Part shown: one piece after another, positions 25,765 to 32,000 of the stretch
Layout: each line of letters begins with the position of its first letter
Position numbering within the stretch: position 1 is the stretch's first letter
Assembly (NCBI GenBank): GCA_038889235.1
Contig: JAWAHN010000002.1
Location: forward strand, 104,356-136,355
Direction of reading: 5' to 3'
DNA length: 32,000 nt
DNA from: Candidatus Jordarchaeales archaeon
Lineage (GTDB): Archaea > Asgardarchaeota > Jordiarchaeia > Jordiarchaeales > Freyrarchaeaceae
Notes under the pieces: model-generated
Databases searched by the model: none
Seen by the model: the letters and a program-made list of their open reading frames with translations, nothing else
Told to the model about the DNA's origin: nothing
Made by a program: the position numbers and the translations under genes

Positions 25765-26685
25765 TTGTACGACTTAACTGTCATAGGGCATTTAACGATC
25801 GATTTCATATCCCGCTTTGGTGTTAGATTGCGTAAGTCAGTGGGTGGCCCGCCTTTCTACTGTAGTCTCACTGCACGCGCGCTGGGCGCCAAAGTTGCTG
25901 TCGTTTCTAAAACTGCAGTAGGAGAAGACTTGCGTGAATTTTCATCATTGCTGGGTAACGCTGGAATTTCTACTTTCATATTGAGTGGAAAAGCTACGAC
26001 GACGTTTGAAATAGATTACAGGGGAGAAAAGCGCAATCTGAGACTTATATCCCGCGCGGAAAACATTTCGATAAATGAAGTTCCAAGCGAGTCATTAAAG
26101 GCATCAGTGGTGTTGCTCAGCCCCGTGGCTGGAGAGCTAAGTCTAGATTTTGTTAAGGCTCTCCCACGTTACCGTGAAAGTGGTTGTCACTTAATCGCCG
26201 GCGACCTTCAGGGTTTTACGAGAATATTTCACAAGGACGGCAAAATGTCTTTTAGGCGGCTTGAGGAAGATTTCTTCAGTCTCTTCGACATCATTAAGGG
26301 GTCCGAAAGAGAAGTTAAAGCGGTGACCGGTTGTCGCTCAGTTGAAGAAGCCCTAAAACAGATAACATACTTTGGCCCCAAGATAGCCATAGCAACTCTA
26401 GGCGAAAAAGGCGCTCTCGCTCTTTCTGAAGGCTTGCTCTTCCGAGTTCACCCATTGAGACCTGAAAGCGTTGTCGATACGACTGGAGCCGGGGACGCAT
26501 TCATCGCAGCCTTCCTTGTAGGATATGCATGGTCAATGAGCCTAGAAGACTGCTTAAAACTAGCCTGCTCCGCTGCTACGTGTACCGTGGAGAGGAAGCT
26601 TCCTCTTGGCGGTGCAAACAAGGAGTATATCGTGGAGAAAAGCAAGAACGTGCGCATTGAAAAAATATCGCGATTTGAATCATAA
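25765..26685 (+). CDS. PfkB family carbohydrate kinase
   Basis: GHLTID, GGPPFY, TLGEKGA, DTTGAGDAF. Confidence 0.92.
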   Translation: MYDLTVIGHLTIDFISRFGVRLRKSVGGPPFYCSLTARALGAKVAVVSKTAVGEDLREFSSLLGNAGISTFILSGKATTTFEIDYRGEKRNLRLISRAENISINEVPSESLKASVVLLSPVAGELSLDFVKALPRYRESGCHLIAGDLQGFTRIFHKDGKMSFRRLEEDFFSLFDIIKGSEREVKAVTGCRSVEEALKQITYFGPKIAIATLGEKGALALSEGLLFRVHPLRPESVVDTTGAGDAFIAAFLVGYAWSMSLEDCLKLACSAATCTVERKLPLGGANKEYIVEKSKNVRIEKISRFES

Positions 26686-26806
26686 CACGTCTCTCAATAG
26701 TAGTTCCTCTCAAAACGCCACCATACATCTTTAAAAACTACTAAATAAGGTCGATAAAGTTAGTCTAGTTTAGTTTGAGTTTCATTTATTGTTGGAGGTG
26801 TTTGTC

Positions 26807-27097
26807 GTGATTTGCGTGGAAGAATTCTATGTAGAGGGAGTGCCTGTGATAGGTTTGAAGGTTAATTTGAATCCGCCCTTTCTGATGATTGTTTGCCAGC
26901 GGGGTGTTCTCGCGTGTGGCTATTTTAACATAGAAGTCGCTGAAAAGTTTGGTGTGTCCGCTGCAATAGTCAAGGGTGTTTCATCGTTCGAGGAAATGTT
27001 GAGGGCAAACGTAGTAAGTGTTACATCTAAAGCCAAGGAGCTTGGGGTAACTGAAAACTGCAGTGGAAAGGACGCGGTTCTCCTTTTCTCATTGTAA
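26807..27097 (+). CDS. YunC / DUF1805 family protein
   Basis: GVLACGYFNIEVAEK, AAIVKGVSSFEEML, AKELGV. GGAGGTG SD 6 nt before the GTG. Confidence 0.85.
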   Translation: MICVEEFYVEGVPVIGLKVNLNPPFLMIVCQRGVLACGYFNIEVAEKFGVSAAIVKGVSSFEEMLRANVVSVTSKAKELGVTENCSGKDAVLLFSL

Positions 27098-27209
27098 CCA
27101 TGAAGCTCCTCCTCTGCAACCAGGAAAAAGTACTTAAAAACTATCTTTCTGTTTCTTGGTAGAGTTTGACGGTTAATTCAGTTTATGTGTTTCAGAGAGG
27201 TGCTGCTTT

Positions 27210-28661
27210 TTGGCGAAAGGCGAGGAAACACCACTCCCAAACAAGTACGAGAAATTCAGTGAGTGGTATAACGAGATATTGCAAAGGGCTGAACTAATAG
27301 ACTTACGTTACGGTGTTAAAGGTTTCATTGTTTACAGGCCGAATGCTGCAATGATAATGAGGCAAATTTACCGTTTTTTCGAAGAAGAACTTGACAAGCT
27401 TGGACATGCCCCCTGCGTTTTCCCTGTTGTTATTCCTTTGGAGTACTTCGAGAAAGAGGCTCAGCACATTAAGGGCTTTCTTGACGAAGTGTTCTGGGTC
27501 ACAAAGGCTGGGCGACATGACCTCAACAAGCCACTATTGTTGCGTCCGACATCCGAAACTGCGATGTACCCTCTCTACGCTTTGTGGATTAGGAGCTACA
27601 AAGATCTTCCACTAAAACTATACCAGTCTAACTCTGTATACCGGTATGAAACGAAGGCAACCAAACCCCTTCTAAGAGGGCGAGAATTTTTCTGGATAGA
27701 GACACACTGCGCTCACAGAACCAAGGAGGACGCTGAGCTACAAGTGTTGGAAGATATGAAGGTCATGAGCAGAGCCCTTCATGAGGTCTTAGGGATTCCC
27801 TTCATGCTCTTCGAGCGACCACCATGGGACAGATTCGCCGGAGCCGACAAAACTTACGCTTTCGACGTCCTGCTCCCAGATAAATCCGTACTACAGGTGG
27901 CTACCACGCACATACTCGGAGAGAATTTTTCCAAGGCTTTCGAGATAACCTACAAAGACGAGGATGGAAGACTAAAATACGTCCAGCAAACGTGCTTCGG
28001 AATAGGAATTTCAAGAATACTGGCTACGCTAATAAGTGTTCATGGAGACGAATACGGGCTAATTCTTCCATTCGACGTCGCTCCAACACAAATAGTAATA
28101 GTTCCGATAGTTTTCAAAGAGAACAGGGAAGTCGTTCTGGATAAATGTAAATCTCTCTTCGCGAAGCTCAGAAGCAAAGGATACCGGGTTGTGCTCGATG
28201 ATTCCGAAGAACGCCCGGGAGCTAAATTCTACAAATGGGAGCTTCTAGGAGTCCCCATAAGGATAGAGATCGGTCCAAAAGACATTGAAAAAGGTGTTGT
28301 AACGCTTTTCAGGCGCGATACTAGGGAAAGGATCGTCGTTGCAGAACAAGAGGTTGAAAACAAGATTGCGGAGCTAGGAAAGGAGATCTTGAATGTTTTG
28401 AGGGAACGGGGTGAAAAGTGGCTTAAAGAAAACTTGAAAGACATTAGAAGCAGGGAGGAACTCATGGAGCTAGCGAAGAACGGTGGAATAGGCCGGATGG
28501 CTTTCTGCGGAAGAGAAGAATGCGCTGCCGAAATAAAGATCACAACAGGCGGCTTCGAAGTTAGAGGGGTCATGGTAGGGGAAAAGTGGGGCGACTTAGG
28601 CGCCTGTGCCGCATGCGGCAAGGAAGCAAAACAAATAGTTTACGTTGCCAAGCCATACTAG
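27210..28661 (+). CDS. proS: Prolyl-tRNA synthetase (archaeal/eukaryotic type)
   Basis: RPTSET, YRYETK...LLRGREF, class II motif 3 GIGISR, C-terminal Zn domain ending AKPY. Confidence 0.97.
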   Translation: MAKGEETPLPNKYEKFSEWYNEILQRAELIDLRYGVKGFIVYRPNAAMIMRQIYRFFEEELDKLGHAPCVFPVVIPLEYFEKEAQHIKGFLDEVFWVTKAGRHDLNKPLLLRPTSETAMYPLYALWIRSYKDLPLKLYQSNSVYRYETKATKPLLRGREFFWIETHCAHRTKEDAELQVLEDMKVMSRALHEVLGIPFMLFERPPWDRFAGADKTYAFDVLLPDKSVLQVATTHILGENFSKAFEITYKDEDGRLKYVQQTCFGIGISRILATLISVHGDEYGLILPFDVAPTQIVIVPIVFKENREVVLDKCKSLFAKLRSKGYRVVLDDSEERPGAKFYKWELLGVPIRIEIGPKDIEKGVVTLFRRDTRERIVVAEQEVENKIAELGKEILNVLRERGEKWLKENLKDIRSREELMELAKNGGIGRMAFCGREECAAEIKITTGGFEVRGVMVGEKWGDLGACAACGKEAKQIVYVAKPY

Positions 28662-28739
28662 ACCCCCCTCCAAAGGTAGTTTTGCTTAGATTTTTATGTC
28701 TCTCTGCACTTCTCTATTCCTAAGATTGCTTAGGAGGGT

Positions 28740-30082
28740 GTGCGATTATTGCTTTTCTTTGCAGATCTTCACATTCACAGCAAATATAGTAGGGGTAGCA
28801 GCTCCAACATGGAGCCTCGCATTCTACGTTCTTTTGCTAAAGTAAAGGGCCTTAACCTATTAGGGACAGGCGACTTCTCCCACCCTAGATGGTTTGCCGA
28901 GTTGAGGGAGAAGCTTGAGGAAGTAGATGAAACGGGCTTCCACACGTTGAAGGAAGGTGAAAAAGACGTTTTCTTTCTGCTTTCGAACGAGGTGAACACT
29001 AGTTTTGAGTTTGAAAATGAGGCTAAAAACATTCACCACGTCATATTAGTCGAAAACTTCGACGTTGCCGAACAAGTGAACGAGGTCTTATCGAAGTACG
29101 GGAACCTTGAAGTCGACGGAAGGCCTTCCCTTAAGTGTTCCCCCGCAGAACTCGTCGAGTCACTCATCCAAGTAGATAGGGACATACTAGTAGTTCCAGC
29201 CCACCTGTGGACGAGTTGGTTCGGGGCGCTAGGCGAACGCGGCTTCAACAGTTTGGAGGACTGCTACGGCGACATGGTAAGACACATATACGCCGTTGAA
29301 ACAGGCCTCAGCTCTGATCCTCCAATGAACTGGAGGCTTAGCGCCCTCGACAAGTATGTCCTGATGAGCAACAGTGACTCACACAGCCCATGGTCCTGGA
29401 GACTTGGGCGGGAAGCGAATGTTTTCGACCTTGATGAGCCTTCATTCCACGAAATTGTTGACGCCATAAGGAGTAGAAATAGGAAAAAGATTGTCATGAC
29501 TATCGAGGTCGCCCCTGAATACGGAATCCCCCTCCACTCCGGAGCGTGGACGTAAAATATCACTATGATGGGCATAGGGGCGACCGCCAGGGACATAACG
29601 GCGTAGATGTATGCATGCACCCAAAGGAAGCTATAAAACTTGGGAACATTTGCCCTGTTTGCGGGAGGAAAATGACCATAGGCGTACAGCACAGGGTTGA
29701 AGAGCTTGCTGACAGGGAGGAAGGTTTTGTCCCTAAAAACTTCATACCGTTCAAAAGATTAATCCCACTCGCCGAGTTGATAGCTGTCGCCTTAGGCACC
29801 GAGAACCTTCACACACAGAAAATTAGAGAGGAGTATGACCGTCTTGTGAACAAGTTTGGGAACGAGTACAAGGTTTTACTGGAGGCCTCGATGGAAGACC
29901 TCCTAAAGGTCACACATCCAAAGATAGCCGAACTCATAATACTCAACAGAGAAGGACGGCTGAAGATAAAGCCGGGATTCGATGGAGTTTACGGCAAAGT
30001 GGTATTAGAGGAGTCTCAAGAGGAAAAGGGTGTGGAACGCCGTGTAAAAGTCGGACAACAGAGTCTCGACAGTTACTTCTAA
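28740..30082 (+). CDS. Endonuclease Q-like PHP-domain protein, interrupted by a predicted 29-nt intron; join(28740..29526,29556..30082), 437 aa
   Basis: ADLHIHSKYS, GTGDFSHP, ETGLSSDP, NSDSHS, RLGRE in the first ORF; KYHYDGH, CPVCG, HRVEELADR, PGFDGVYG in the second. The join restores PEYGKYH. Confidence 0.85.
29527..29555 (+). other. Predicted 29-nt mRNA intron (relaxed BHB)
   Basis: h AT/AT, H ACGG/ACGT (one G.A mismatch), bulges AA|T and AA|A, h' CC/GG. Carries most of the TAA that ends ORF 28740..29555. Confidence 0.7.
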
Positions 30083-30100
30083 ACCCGGCACAGCCCCACA

Positions 30101-31126
30101 TCAGCACACACGGGGGATCGGCTCACCGTAAGGCTCCTCTATCACCCTTTTTCCTCCAACAACTGTTTCCATGATAACATAGCCAGGTCTTTCCTTCCGC
30201 ACCTCTCCTATTATGTTGGCGTTTTTCCCGTACTTCGTTGCCCTAACAGCTTTCAGCACTTCTTCAGCTTTTTCAGGTCTCACTGCTATGAGTGCCTTTC
30301 CCTCACAAGTCACCTCAAGGGGGTCTATCCCGAGCATCTCCGACGCGGCAACAACCTCCTCCCTAATAGGAATGTCTTCCTCTCTAATCCATATACTGAC
30401 CCCGTTCTTCTTAGCCCAACCGTTTAAGGCTGCAGCAACACCCCCCCTAGTCGGGTCTTTCATCGCTGTGATGCCGCCCACCTTTAAAGCGGCCTTAATA
30501 GTCTCATTTAGAGGAGCTACATCGGATTCTAATTTCGTTCCAAAACTTATCCCCTCACGGGCTGCAAGCAGCGCTATCCCGTGGTCTCCAACAGTTCCTG
30601 TCAGTATTATCTTGTCACCGACTTGTATCCCGTGGTCGCAGATCACATCGCCTTTAACAAATCCTATCCCGGCTGTTGCCAAGACTATTTTGTCAATTTT
30701 CCCTCTAGGCATGACCTTGGTGTCCCCAGCTATTAGAGCAACTTCAGCTTCGTCGCACGTGTCGCTCATGGACTTAACTATCCTCCTAAGGTCAGATATG
30801 GGAAACCCTTCTTCCACTATCATGGAACACACTACGGCCACGGGGTTTGCCCCCATCATGAGAAGATCATTGACCGTTCCCGAAATGGCGAGGCGCCCTA
30901 TGTCGCCACCCGGGAAGAATATAGGGTCAACGGTGTGCCCATCTGTTGTTACGACAATGTTAACGCCCTCTAACGGTATAGTTGCTCCATCGTCAAGCTC
31001 ATCCAGCCCTATCCCGCCTGGAACCTTCCGCTTTCTGATCAACGGAAGAATAACTTCTTTGATCAGTTTCTCCATGGCTACTCCGCCAGCTCCATGGGCC
31101 AGCTCAATAACCTCTTGAAGTCCCGT
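30101..31126 (-). CDS. hypE: Hydrogenase maturation protein HypE (carbamoyl dehydratase)
   Basis: TTDGHTVDPIFFPGGDIG, GDTKV, MKDPTRGG, C-terminal PRVC. The conserved IELAHGAGG lies in frame upstream of ATG 31075, implying an earlier start (ACG at 31126). Confidence 0.92.
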   Translation of the reverse strand, partial: TGLQEVIELAHGAGGVAMEKLIKEVILPLIRKRKVPGGIGLDELDDGATIPLEGVNIVVTTDGHTVDPIFFPGGDIGRLAISGTVNDLLMMGANPVAVVCSMIVEEGFPISDLRRIVKSMSDTCDEAEVALIAGDTKVMPRGKIDKIVLATAGIGFVKGDVICDHGIQVGDKIILTGTVGDHGIALLAAREGISFGTKLESDVAPLNETIKAALKVGGITAMKDPTRGGVAAALNGWAKKNGVSIWIREEDIPIREEVVAASEMLGIDPLEVTCEGKALIAVRPEKAEEVLKAVRATKYGKNANIIGEVRKERPGYVIMETVVGGKRVIEEPYGEPIPRVC

Positions 31127-31279
31127 TTAAACCACCTCCAAAAACATGCTTAAACCTGCAAAATGATTATTCTCGGAACTGCCAACATCTCTGGAACGTC
31201 ACGGACACTTTTGCCCGATGAATTTATATTCCCTTTCACATTTTTGAAATCTCTGAACGACTTGTGGAGGCCTCCCAAA

Positions 31280-31669
31280 ATGGGCGTTTGGCAAGGCAGG
31301 TCTAAGAGGAAACCCACTGGTGGCAAACTTAGGCCAGCTCGGGGAAAGAGAAAGTATGAGATGGGACGTGAACCCACCGAAACACAGGTAGGAGATACAG
31401 AAAAACGAAAGAAGATCCGGGTGCGTGGCGGTAACTTTAAAATTAGGTTGAAAGTGGCATCCTACGCAAACGTCACAGACAAGACTACGGGGAGAACTGT
31501 TAAGGTCAAGATCCTAGATCTGGTGAAGAACCCAGCCAGTGTAGATTACACCCGCCGCAAGATAGTAACAAAGGGTTCAATCATAAAGACGGAGCTAGGG
31601 TTAGCGCAAGTCACGAGCAGACCGGGCCAAGATGGCGTAGTGAACGCTGTCCTAATAGAGGCTAAATAA
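31280..31669 (+). CDS. rps8e: 30S ribosomal protein S8e
   Basis: [36 protein letters not shown]. Confidence 0.97.
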   Translation: MGVWQGRSKRKPTGGKLRPARGKRKYEMGREPTETQVGDTEKRKKIRVRGGNFKIRLKVASYANVTDKTTGRTVKVKILDLVKNPASVDYTRRKIVTKGSIIKTELGLAQVTSRPGQDGVVNAVLIEAK

Positions 31670-31682
31670 GACGCATAGAAAG

Positions 31683-32000
31683 TTACTCCTTCTGTATTAT
31701 TTGAATGTTTTTAATGGTACACTCCCTTCCGCCAACTATCTTCGTTGAGTTACTTCCACAGTTTGGACACTTCAAAGACAATGATAATAGTTGGGGGATG
31801 TGTGGGGTCTCGTCTAACTCTTCCCTCTTAACTTCCCCCTCGTAGCCACACTCTAAACATTTAATGACACCAGGCTTGATAACTATTTTAATGGTCGCCC
31901 CTTCCGCTATGGTTCCCTCAGCGGCGGTTTCTAGTCCAAATTTCAAGTACTCTGGGTTTAATAGCGTGAGCTCTCCTAACTCCAAGTTTATCTCCGTCAC
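31683..32000 (-). CDS. hypA: Hydrogenase nickel metallochaperone HypA (5' end beyond the window)
   Basis: LELGELTLLNPEYLKF, CLEC...CPNCGS, GGRECTIKNI. Confidence 0.9.
   Translation of the reverse strand: MTEINLELGELTLLNPEYLKFGLETAAEGTIAEGATIKIVIKPGVIKCLECGYEGEVKREELDETPHIPQLLSLSLKCPNCGSNSTKIVGGRECTIKNIQIIQKE

Noticed and set aside
29591-29605. Possible second 15-nt in-frame intron in the EndoQ-like gene (H CGCC/GGCG)
   Set aside because: No outer helix, and removal does not restore the GHRxC motif; more likely a natural protein insertion.
30213-31118. 301-aa plus-strand ORF and the many other Ser/Thr-rich overlapping ORFs in the track (e.g. 1273..1749, 6077..6568, 21936..22457, 23316..23840)
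   Set aside because: Antisense shadows of well-supported genes; no motifs or SD context.
1-32000. CRISPR array, rRNA or intact IS element
   Set aside because: No regularly spaced direct repeats, rRNA signatures, terminal inverted repeats or intact transposase seen.

Overview
Archaeal chromosomal window with about 33 protein genes. The lineage is inferred to be TACK/Asgard-like (e.g. Jordarchaeia or Bathyarchaeia) from rpS25e, a long Trm112, cdhCDE and intron-rich tRNAs. Housekeeping content: oapABC-like GTPase cluster, TIP49/RuvBL helicase, GalT-like HIT protein, alpha/beta hydrolase, Trm112-like protein, HDAC, USP, SAMP/MoaD-like modifier, frameshifted geranylgeranyl reductase, nucleoside phosphorylase, TldD/PmbA, nitrilase, rpS25e, macro domain, Alba, cdhC-cdhD-cdhE, PfkB, YunC, ProRS, an EndoQ-like PHP nuclease, HypE, rpS8e and HypA. 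There is also a decayed tnpB. The standout signal is a high density of short bulge-helix-bulge (BHB) introns. All three tRNA genes are interrupted: tRNA-Arg(CCT) has an 11-nt D-loop intron and tRNA-Gly(GCC) a 21-nt T-arm intron. tRNA-Trp(CCA) needs four excisions, including a 13-nt intron nested inside a box C/D guide-bearing 37/38 intron. Two protein genes that look broken are repaired exactly by removing a BHB-bounded segment: alba (27 nt, perfect 4-bp central helix, contains a stop) and the EndoQ-like gene (29 nt, relaxed BHB). All splicing is predicted by hand from the sequence and is untested.
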